Below are positions 1 to 7,439 of a DNA stretch of 20,292 nt, piece by piece; position 1 is the first letter of the stretch, and each line of letters begins with the position of its first letter. The translations under genes were made by a program, and so were the position numbers. The stretch lies in NCBI GenBank assembly GCA_041492755.1, contig JBGPXN010000078.1, positions 1 through 20,292 of the forward strand. Reading direction: 5' to 3'. A model generated the notes under the pieces. It was not told the DNA's origin. It saw only the letters and a program-made list of their open reading frames with translations, and searched no databases. The DNA is from Candidatus Methylomirabilia bacterium. GTDB lineage: Bacteria; Methylomirabilota; Methylomirabilia; Rokubacteriales; CSP1-6.

Positions 1-56
1 CAACCGGCCGCGGAGACTACGAACATCACCAGCAGGATCTGGCGTCTCATTCTCAT
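1..56 (-). CDS. 5' end of a probable exported protein/lipoprotein (runs off the window edge)
   Basis: ATG at 56 preceded by a strong SD (GGGAGGT); translates MRMRRQILLVMFVVSAAG then TG| at the edge: basic N-region, hydrophobic core, possible lipobox AAG-C if the missing base is C/T. Not in the ORF track. Confidence 0.6.
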   Translation of the reverse strand, partial: MRMRRQILLVMFVVSAAG

Positions 57-147
57 CGTCACCACCTCCCCATGAGCGCACGTCGACACTGCACCGCCGG
101 CTCTGGACCAGCCGGCAACGCCGAACCCCGTTGTGTGCTTTTCCGGG

Positions 148-1518
148 TCACCGGACCCGGCCCGTCGCCCTGAGCCACATGGCCAGGGCGCTGTGGTACT
201 CCGCGCGCGCGCTGACCTCGTTGAACCGCGCGCGCGTCAGCGCGAGCTGGGCGTCCAGAACTTCGAGCTGGATCCCCCGCCCGCTTGCGAACCGCTCCTT
301 GATCACGCGAGACTCCTCCTCGGCTTGCTCGAGCCCTCGCGCGCTCGCCTCGACCGCCTTCTCCGCCGCCCCGAGCATCAGTACGGCCTGGTGGACCTCC
401 TTGGCGACCTGCTGGCGGGCCAGCCCTTCCGCCTGTCTCGCGCGCTCGAGCTTCGCCTTCGCGGTGTTGACGGCGTGCTCTCTCAAGAATCCGTCGAAGA
501 CCGGCAACGTCACGACGACGCCGACGGAGTAGCCCTCGGCGCCGTCGGCGCGCATGCGCATGCCGTCCGCCTGGGACTCCCACGCGCGGTTGCGCATCAC
601 GGCCCAGTCGTACATGTAGCTGAGGGACACCTGGGGAAAGTAGTTGCCATAGGCCGCTCGCACCTCGGCCTCGGTCGCTTCGCGCTGCTTGACCGCCGCG
701 CGCACTTCCGGCTGCCGCTCGTAGGCCAGGCGGACGCCCTCCTCGGTGGAGACCGTCACCGGCGTGGGCTCGAGCCGTCCGGCGGGCGTGAGCACGGACG
801 CGAGATCCACCCCCAGGGTCGTCTTGAGCGCCACCAGGGCCAGCTCTGCCCGGCTCTGGGCCATGGCTTCCATCTGGAGGGTGTTCGCCAGCTCGGCCTC
901 GTCTCGGAGGACGTAGAAGCGGGGCAGCCGCCCTACCTCGTAGCCCTGACGGGTCACCCGCAGGCGCTCCTCGACGTCGCGCCGGAGGTCGTGGGTCACC
1001 GTCAGGTTCTCCGCCTCGCGGAGGGCGGCGATGTAGTCGAGCCGGGCCTGCATCGCCACGTCCACCTCGGCTCCACGAAACATCTCGCGCCCAGCCTCGG
1101 CCCGGCGCGCGGCGGCCCGGTACGTGTACCAGTCGCGCCCACCGGAGAAGAGCGGGTACATGGCCGTCACGTTGGCGTCCTTCGTCTGATCGGAATTGAA
1201 GACCTGGTAGTTGCGCGCCATCGTATTGCCGGCCGAGGTGTAGACGTTCGGCGCCATCCGCTGGTCGGCAAAATAGCCGTTGGCCGAGAGTTGCGGCCAA
1301 AAGGGTGCAAGGGTCTCGCGCCGCATCGAGTCCATCGCGCGCGCGTCCGCGCCCGACGCCTTGACCTTGAGGCTGTGGCGGAGCGCGAGGTCCACGGCCT
1401 CGTCGAGCGTCACCTGCCCATCCACCCTGGGCAGTACCTGCGCCTGCACCTCCGAGATCGCGGCGAGCACCGTCCCGATCGCCGCGACCACGGCCACCAG
1501 CGCGCTACTGACCGCCAT
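148..1518 (-). CDS. TolC-family outer membrane efflux protein
   Basis: Signal peptide MAVSSALVAVV...VQA; 'TLDEAVDLALRHS', 'PLFSGG', 'LPVFDG', 'ERFASGRGIQLEVLDAQ' are OEP-repeat features. Start placed at ATG 1518 (SD AGGAG), not the 1584 of the ORF track. Confidence 0.93.
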   Translation of the reverse strand: MAVSSALVAVVAAIGTVLAAISEVQAQVLPRVDGQVTLDEAVDLALRHSLKVKASGADARAMDSMRRETLAPFWPQLSANGYFADQRMAPNVYTSAGNTMARNYQVFNSDQTKDANVTAMYPLFSGGRDWYTYRAAARRAEAGREMFRGAEVDVAMQARLDYIAALREAENLTVTHDLRRDVEERLRVTRQGYEVGRLPRFYVLRDEAELANTLQMEAMAQSRAELALVALKTTLGVDLASVLTPAGRLEPTPVTVSTEEGVRLAYERQPEVRAAVKQREATEAEVRAAYGNYFPQVSLSYMYDWAVMRNRAWESQADGMRMRADGAEGYSVGVVVTLPVFDGFLREHAVNTAKAKLERARQAEGLARQQVAKEVHQAVLMLGAAEKAVEASARGLEQAEEESRVIKERFASGRGIQLEVLDAQLALTRARFNEVSARAEYHSALAMWLRATGRVR

Positions 1519-2980
1519 GGGCTTTCTCCTTTCCGGGCGCGCGCTCGATTGGCGCCATGCCCGGCATGCCGTCGCCCGCGCCACCTCGAGCCGGCGGCGC
1601 CGCGCGCCCCGCCTCGACGACGCGGGCCCCCGCGTAGAGTCCCTCGCGCCCCTGGGCCACGACCCGCTCGCTCTCGGTGAGGCCGCTCCGGATCTCGACG
1701 CGGTCAGCGTTCTCGAGCCCCGTCACGACCTCCCGGCGCTCGGCCCGGCCGTCACGGATGACCCACACCGTCGCGCCGCCCCCGAGCCGCGCCACCGACG
1801 CCTGGGGCACCGTCAGCGCGTCCGGCCGCTCGCCGGTCACGAACGTCATCGCCACGTACTGTCCGGGCAGGAAGCGGCGAGCCGCGTTGTCGACGATCGC
1901 CTCGACGACGGCGGTCCGCCCTCCCTGGTCGACGAACGGAAAGACGGCGGTAACGCGCGCTCGCAGGGGCGCCTCGTCCGACGCCAGCGACCGGACGACG
2001 ACGGGCCCGCCGACGCGGATCCCGGCGAGGTCCCGCTCGCCGACGTTCGCCTGCAGCCGCACCCGGTCGATCTGGGCCGTCTTGAGGATCGCCATGCCGG
2101 GCTGGACGAGCACGCCGGGCGCGACCAGGCGCTTGACCACGTAGCCCTGACTCGGCGCCAGGATCGTGACGTAGTCGCGCACGACGCTCGCGGTGCGGAG
2201 GCCGGCCGCGCTTTGCGCCACCATCGCGTCGGCCGCTTCGAGCTTCTTCCGGGCCGACGCCTCCATCGACCGCGCCTGCTCTATCTTGGCGCGGGCCGCC
2301 TCGCGCTTGGCCTCCAGCGCCACCGCCAGCGAGCGGTCGTTCTCGTACTCCTGGCGGGCGATGGCACCAGCCGCGACCAGCCGCTCCGAGCGGTCGGCGA
2401 CGCCTCGCGCGTAGCCGAGCTCGGCCTCCACCATCGCCAGCTCCTTCTCCATCTGGGCCACCCCGTGCTGGGCGGCGACCACGTCGGCCTCCATCTGGGC
2501 GCGGTTGGCGCGTGCCGTCGCCGCCATCCCCTCCGCTTCCCGGACCCGGGAGGACAGCTCGACGTCGTCGAGCCGGGCGACGACCTGGCCGGCGCGCACC
2601 GCGTCGCCGGGGTAGACGGGCATCTCCACGATCCGCCCGGTGACGCGCGGGTAGATGTCCTCCTCGTTGAAGGCCGCAACGCTGCCCGTGTACACGACCG
2701 TCCCCGCCATCGGCCTGCGCTCGACGGGCGCCGTGGTGACCGGGAACGACACGCCGGCCGACGTGCTGCCCGTGGCCATGTCCATCGCCGGCCGGCCGCC
2801 CGGGCCGAAGTTCGCCCGGTACGCCCAGACGCCCGCGCCGATCACGAGCGCCAGCGCGATGAGGCGTGTGACCCAGGCAACGACCCGCCCGCGCGTCCTG
2901 CGGCCCGGCCGGCCGTCGCCGCCGATGGCATCACGGGATCCGGTCGTCACGCGATCGATGTCGGCCCTCTGCGTCGTCAT
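1505..2980 (-). CDS. RND efflux periplasmic adaptor (membrane fusion protein)
   Basis: N-terminal TM; lipoyl half motifs 'PRVTGRIVEMPVYPGDAVRAGQVVARLD' and 'ILAPSQGYVVKRLVAPG' around a long coiled coil; 'FLPGQYV', 'VPQASV', 'VEIRSGL'. SD GAGGAGG; ATGA overlap with the upstream stop. Confidence 0.93.
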   Translation of the reverse strand: MTTQRADIDRVTTGSRDAIGGDGRPGRRTRGRVVAWVTRLIALALVIGAGVWAYRANFGPGGRPAMDMATGSTSAGVSFPVTTAPVERRPMAGTVVYTGSVAAFNEEDIYPRVTGRIVEMPVYPGDAVRAGQVVARLDDVELSSRVREAEGMAATARANRAQMEADVVAAQHGVAQMEKELAMVEAELGYARGVADRSERLVAAGAIARQEYENDRSLAVALEAKREAARAKIEQARSMEASARKKLEAADAMVAQSAAGLRTASVVRDYVTILAPSQGYVVKRLVAPGVLVQPGMAILKTAQIDRVRLQANVGERDLAGIRVGGPVVVRSLASDEAPLRARVTAVFPFVDQGGRTAVVEAIVDNAARRFLPGQYVAMTFVTGERPDALTVPQASVARLGGGATVWVIRDGRAERREVVTGLENADRVEIRSGLTESERVVAQGREGLYAGARVVEAGRAAPPARGGAGDGMPGMAPIERAPGKEKAHGGQ

Positions 2981-3576
2981 CGGCCTCCTCCCGTCTCGAC
3001 GCCCGTCGCCGCGCGCGCGAGCGCCTCGAGCTGCGTGCCGTCGAGCACCGAGATCACGGCCGCGACGTGAGCACGGCGGCGCTCGCGCATCTGACGCCCC
3101 AGCTCCACCGCCGGCGCGGCCTGCTGCCCGACGCCAGCGAGGGTCGCGCCACGGCCCTGGGCCTCCCGCATGAACCGGGCGAATTCAGCCTGGGCGGCCT
3201 CGAGCTCGGCCTCGACCGGCGCGGTCTCGCGCCGCCAGGACCGGTCGAGCGCCTCGAGCCGCGCGCGCTGATCAGGACGGAGCCCGAGCGCTGCTGCCTT
3301 CTCCAGAACTCCCCTGGCGGTCGGCGCGGGCGACGGGACCATGGAACTCGGCCGCCCCGTGCCGGCCGGGAGCCTCTCGGAGGAACCGGTTTCGAGGAGC
3401 GCCCCGGGTGTCGAGACGGGCCCGGGGTTCCCCCGGGCTCGTCGAGCGCTCGGGGGGAAAGGGGGCCCTTCGAGGCCCCTTTTCCAATCAACCGGCCATG
3501 TCGGGGCCCCCCACGTGATCAGCACGGCGCCCGCCGCGACGAGCGCCAGCGTCGTCCCGAGGTAGCGGGGGATCAC
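2977..3576 (-). CDS. Exported helical protein, Spy/CpxP or heavy-metal-resistance (ZraP/CnrX)-like
   Basis: Fills the gap between permease and adaptor with 4-nt overlaps at both ends (GTGA, ATGA); signal/TM at the N-terminus; LTxxQ-like repeats 'LGLRPDQRARL' and 'VLDGTQLEAL' flanking amphipathic helices. Family call tentative. Confidence 0.7.
   Translation of the reverse strand: MIPRYLGTTLALVAAGAVLITWGAPTWPVDWKRGLEGPPFPPSARRARGNPGPVSTPGALLETGSSERLPAGTGRPSSMVPSPAPTARGVLEKAAALGLRPDQRARLEALDRSWRRETAPVEAELEAAQAEFARFMREAQGRGATLAGVGQQAAPAVELGRQMRERRRAHVAAVISVLDGTQLEALARAATGVETGGGR
3415..3485. repeat. Tandem pair of strong inverted repeats (REP-like) inside a CDS
   Basis: GACGGGCCCGGGG-ttc-CCCCGGGCTCGTC (3415-3443, 13-bp stem, one G:T) and GGAAAGGGGGCC-cttcga-GGCCCCTTTTCC (3456-3485, 12-bp stem, one G:T). 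Confidence 0.75.
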
Positions 3577-6500
3577 GCGCTGACCCTCTCGCGTCGCCGG
3601 GACACGCGCGCGAGCGCCGCGCGGGCGAGCCGGGCGAGGTCGTCCGTGTACGTGTGGAGCACGGGGACCACGTACAGCGCGAGCAGCGTCCCCATGGCGA
3701 GACCGCCGATCGTCACGGTGGCGAGCGGCGCGTAGGCGTCGATGCCGGTGCGCGGGAAGAAGGCGACGGGGACCAGCACCACGATGCTGATGAGCGAGGT
3801 CATCAAGATCGGCCGGAGCCGGATGGGCGCAGCGGTCAGGATCGCCTCGTCGCGCGGCATGCCGTCGGCACGCAGGCGCAGGACGAGGTCGATCATGAGC
3901 ACGGCGACCGTCATCAACATGCCGGTCAGGATGACGACGGCGAGGATCGAGACCGTCGAGAACGTCTGGCCGGTGAGCAGCAGTCCGCCGAGCACCCCGG
4001 TGAGCATCAGCGAGAGCGAGAAGAGCATGTTGAGCGGCTCGATCAGGCTCCGGAACTGCGCGACCAGCAGCAGGTACATGAAGATGAGCGCGAGGTAGAG
4101 CCCACGGAACAGGCGCCCAAACGACTCCTCCATCTGCGTCATGTCCCCGCGCAGCTCGGCGCCGTAGCCCGGCGGCAGATCGAGCTTCATGAGGGCCGCC
4201 CCCAGGAGGCCCATCGACAGCTCCATGCTGGGCGGCCCACCCTTGCGGTAGAAGCCCAGGACGGAGATCACGCGGCGGAAGTTGTCGTGCTCGATCAGGG
4301 TCGGTCCCGGCCGCTCCTCGATCCGCGCCACCGAGGACAGCGGCACGACCTCGCCCTTCCGGCCGACGATCCGCACCTGCTCGAGGTCCAGCCGGTCGCG
4401 CCGCTGGTCGCCCCGGTAGCGCACGAGGATCGTGAACTGGCGCTTGTTGTCAAGGCGGTAGAACTCGCTGGTGAGGCCCCCCTTGAGGGCGTAGTAGGCC
4501 TGGTCGGCGACGTCGGCGACCGCGAGGCCCAGCTCCTGGGCCCGCGCCCGATCCACGACCACGTGGAGCTGGGGCAGGGTCATCGCCCACGAGGTGGCCA
4601 CTTGCCGAAAGCCGGGGATCGCTTCGGCCAGGCCTCGCGCCTGCTCCCCGATCGTGTAAAGCGTGTCCAGCTCTGGCCCGAAGAAGATGACCTGGATCGG
4701 CGCGGCGCTCGACGCCATGACGTCGGCGCCCATCTCCTTGATGGTGAGGCGGCGGATCCCGGGGATCGTCCGCAGCGCTTCGGCGTGGACTCCGTCCATC
4801 ACCTGCCAGATGTTGCGCGCGCGCTTGGCGGAATCCACCAGCGTGATCACCACGAACACCGAGTTCACGGAGCCCATGCTGTAACCCGTGAAGTACGTGC
4901 CGCCCGGCTCGAACCCCACCTCGGACGAGACCTTCACGACCTCGGGTTGCTTCAGGAGAAGCCGTTCCATCTCGGCGGCGATCTCCGACGTGCGGGCGAA
5001 GGACGTCCCCGGCGTGGCCTCGAGCTGCACGAACGCCTGCGAGACGTCGGCCAGCGGCATCATCTCGCTGCCGATGCGCGGATAGAGGGCGACGCCGATC
5101 AGGATGACGGCGGTCGCCCCGGCCAGGACAACGAAGCGGTTGCGGATGGACCAGGCGAGGCTGCCCCGGTACCGGGCCTCGAGCCCGTCGAGCGCCCGCT
5201 GGCACGGGTCGAGGAGCCACCGCTCGAGCCGCGTCCGGCGGCGCGCCGCGTCCGCGCTGTGCGGCGTGAACAGGTGGGCGGCCAGCAACGCGGTGAGCGT
5301 GAACGAGACCAGGGCCGACGCGAGCAGCGCCAGGATGATCGCCCACACGATGCCCTCGAACATGAACTGGACGATCCCGCCCGAGAAGGCCAGCGGCACC
5401 AGCGCCACGCACAGCATGAAGGTGATGGCGAGCACGGCGAGGCGCACCTCGGAGATCCCGTCGATCGCCGCCTCCTTGGGCGACTTGCCCATCCGGAGGT
5501 GGCGCTCGATCGAGTGCAGGTCGATGATCGAATCGTCCACCAGCCGCCCGATGGAGAGCAGGAGCCCGATCAGGGTCGAGCTGTTGAGCGTCAGCCCGAA
5601 GGGCACCATGGCGAGCAGCGCCATGCCGAGCGAGACCGGGATGGTGATGACCGAGATCAGCGTGCCGCGGAGGTTGCCGAGGAAGACGAGCACCACCACG
5701 CCGGTGAGGAGCACGGCGATCACCAGCTCCTCCACCATGTTCGACATCAGGAAGCCGACGAAGGTCGAGTTGTCGTAGGCGGTCTCGAAGCGCAATCCGG
5801 GGAAGTCCCGCTGGATCTCGGCCAGCTTCGCCTTGACCCCTTCGATCACGCGCACGGACGATGCGTCCGGCTGCTGCACGATGGAGACCTCGACCGCCTC
5901 CCGGCCGTTGAAGCGGTAGAGGCTCCGCTGCTCCCGGCGCGTGTTCATGACCTCGGCGACGTCGCGCAGGTACACCGTCCGCCCGTCCATGCTCGCGACC
6001 GGATAGGCGGCCACCTCTTCGGGCGTGCGGGCGCGGAAGTCGCTCCGCACCAGGACCTCGCGGTCCCCGTAGGTCAGCGTCCCCGCCGGCCGCGACGTGT
6101 TCTGCATGTCGAGCATGTTCTTGAGGTCGAGCAGGCTCATCCGATAGGCGGCCAGCCGGTCGCGGTCCACGATCACCTGCATCTGGAGCTTCTGGCCGCC
6201 GAAGGGCACGACCGAGTAGACGTCCTTGACCGTCTTCAGGCGGTTCACCACGGTGTTCTCGACGAGCGTCCGCAACTGCACGCGGTCGTACGCCTCGCCG
6301 GTGACGGCGAGCGAGAGGACCGGAAGGTTCAGGGGATCGATGGCGAGCACCCAGGACGGCTTCAGGTTGGCGCCGGTCATCGGCAGGTCGGCCTGGACGA
6401 CGTTCATCAGGGACTGCACGTCGAAGAGCGCCTTCTTCATGTCGGTGCCGTACCAGAACTCGATGGAGACGATCGAGAAGCCCTCCTGCGAGGTGGAGCG

Positions 6501-6791
6501 GACGAAGTGGACGTTCTTGAGATCCACCATTCGCTCCTCGATCGGCTTGGAGAAGTAGATCTCCATCTCCTCCGCCGAGAGCCCGGGCATCATGGAGACG
6601 ACCGCCACGATCGGACTCTCGACGTACGGCATCATCCGCCGCGGCATCTGGAAGAAGATCACCAGCACCGACACCAGCGCCACGCCCAGGTAGAAGGCGA
6701 TGACGGTGTACGGGTGCTCGATCGACCAGCGGCTGATGTTGCCGCGCCCGCGCGAGGGCGCCGGGCCAGGGGATGGACTCTCAGCGCTCAC
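3573..6791 (-). CDS. RND efflux transporter permease subunit (AcrB/AcrD/AcrF/CusA superfamily), about 1072 aa
   Basis: 'ISRWSIEHP', 'PGLSAEEME..KPIEE', TM4 'IGRLVDDSII', 'RLRPILMTSL', 'PLATVTIGGL'; two large periplasmic loops. Start placed at GTG 6791 (SD GAGGGG); the ORF-track extension to 7031 is not RND-like. Confidence 0.96.
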   Translation of the reverse strand: MSAESPSPGPAPSRGRGNISRWSIEHPYTVIAFYLGVALVSVLVIFFQMPRRMMPYVESPIVAVVSMMPGLSAEEMEIYFSKPIEERMVDLKNVHFVRSTSQEGFSIVSIEFWYGTDMKKALFDVQSLMNVVQADLPMTGANLKPSWVLAIDPLNLPVLSLAVTGEAYDRVQLRTLVENTVVNRLKTVKDVYSVVPFGGQKLQMQVIVDRDRLAAYRMSLLDLKNMLDMQNTSRPAGTLTYGDREVLVRSDFRARTPEEVAAYPVASMDGRTVYLRDVAEVMNTRREQRSLYRFNGREAVEVSIVQQPDASSVRVIEGVKAKLAEIQRDFPGLRFETAYDNSTFVGFLMSNMVEELVIAVLLTGVVVLVFLGNLRGTLISVITIPVSLGMALLAMVPFGLTLNSSTLIGLLLSIGRLVDDSIIDLHSIERHLRMGKSPKEAAIDGISEVRLAVLAITFMLCVALVPLAFSGGIVQFMFEGIVWAIILALLASALVSFTLTALLAAHLFTPHSADAARRRTRLERWLLDPCQRALDGLEARYRGSLAWSIRNRFVVLAGATAVILIGVALYPRIGSEMMPLADVSQAFVQLEATPGTSFARTSEIAAEMERLLLKQPEVVKVSSEVGFEPGGTYFTGYSMGSVNSVFVVITLVDSAKRARNIWQVMDGVHAEALRTIPGIRRLTIKEMGADVMASSAAPIQVIFFGPELDTLYTIGEQARGLAEAIPGFRQVATSWAMTLPQLHVVVDRARAQELGLAVADVADQAYYALKGGLTSEFYRLDNKRQFTILVRYRGDQRRDRLDLEQVRIVGRKGEVVPLSSVARIEERPGPTLIEHDNFRRVISVLGFYRKGGPPSMELSMGLLGAALMKLDLPPGYGAELRGDMTQMEESFGRLFRGLYLALIFMYLLLVAQFRSLIEPLNMLFSLSLMLTGVLGGLLLTGQTFSTVSILAVVILTGMLMTVAVLMIDLVLRLRADGMPRDEAILTAAPIRLRPILMTSLISIVVLVPVAFFPRTGIDAYAPLATVTIGGLAMGTLLALYVVPVLHTYTDDLARLARAALARVSRRRERVSA

Positions 6792-6897
6792 GGCAGACCC
6801 CTCGCCAAGCCGATGCAGACTTCCCCAGCGACATGTCCCCCTCGTGGTGGCCGTTCCATGGCCACCGACCGGATGAACGTTCGGCGATACCGGACGT

Positions 6898-7206
6898 CTA
6901 GCGGGGGAAGCTGGTCTTGGGCGGGGGCGTGGGGGTGAGGCGAGCGACCACGCGCAGGCGCTGACGGGACGGCAGGAGCACCAGACGGCCTGGCGCGAGC
7001 GGCGCAACGGACATCGTGAGCGTGCTACCAAGGACCACTAAAGTCAGGCAGAGATCCGGCGCGTCGTCATGGCCGTCGGAGTCGCCGTCGAAGAAGCACA
7101 GCCCGGCTCCGGCGAGCAGCATGAGCGTCACGATCGCGAAGCTCGTGCCCAGGAACCTGTGACGGCGTACCCGAAGAGTCGACATCATCTCGGAGGACCG
7201 TCTCAT
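6898..7206 (-). CDS. Small membrane/exported protein with C-terminal proline run; candidate leader (DUF2946/CutF-like architecture)
   Basis: Basic N-terminus, hydrophobic helix, 'LCFFDGDSDGHDDAPDLCL', second hydrophobic stretch, end 'RLTPTPPPKTSFPR'. Directly upstream of the RND permease. Start could be 7206, 7188 or 7185. Confidence 0.65.
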   Translation of the reverse strand: MRRSSEMMSTLRVRRHRFLGTSFAIVTLMLLAGAGLCFFDGDSDGHDDAPDLCLTLVVLGSTLTMSVAPLAPGRLVLLPSRQRLRVVARLTPTPPPKTSFPR

Positions 7207-7254
7207 GCAGGCCAGGTGCCAGCCCGCCGATCACCGAGACTCGTCAACAAGATC

Positions 7255-7283
7255 AGTGTATTCGAGACCACTCGGTCCTCACT
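7255..7283 (-). promoter_or_regulatory. Possible sigma70-type promoter for the RND operon
   Basis: TACACT (-10-like, 7260-7255) in a locally AT-richer patch about 50 nt upstream of the small ORF; no good -35 hexamer. Confidence 0.3.
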
Positions 7284-7439
7284 CTGGTGTCCGCTGCACA
7301 GCCGATGGTCAGCGCTCACGCCCCACTGTGAGGCGTGGCCGCCGCACCGGCCGGAGAATAGCACGGCGCGCGGTCTGCCGTGTGCAGTCCCGGGTCGTGA
7401 CCCGTCCATCCAGTGCCCCTTCTGGCTCCGGGGGGAGGC

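Noticed and set aside
96..116. Hairpin GCCGGCT-N7-AGCCGGC downstream of the TolC gene as a terminator
   Set aside because: No U-tract follows on the minus strand and another co-oriented gene starts 40 nt later.
59..1300. Alternative-frame minus-strand ORFs (59..1300, 4450..5412, 11160..13181, 15499..16770, 18181..19239)
   Set aside because: Nested in real genes, low-complexity Arg/Gly/Pro translations typical of off-frame reading at high GC.
3654..6938. 1094-aa plus-strand ORF, and other long plus-strand ORFs (133..1680, 1280..3070, 7413..9113, 11546..13120, 14694..16802, 18675..20141)
   Set aside because: Antisense shadows of well-supported minus-strand genes; high GC3 codon bias removes stops in the mirror frame, and the translations are Arg/His/Gly-rich with no recognisable motifs.
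6792..7031. N-terminal extensions given by the ORF track for the RND permease, MFS, glgX, methyltransferase and DUF2933 genes
   Set aside because: They overlap upstream genes, lack family similarity, and better starts with SD or stop/start overlaps exist downstream.
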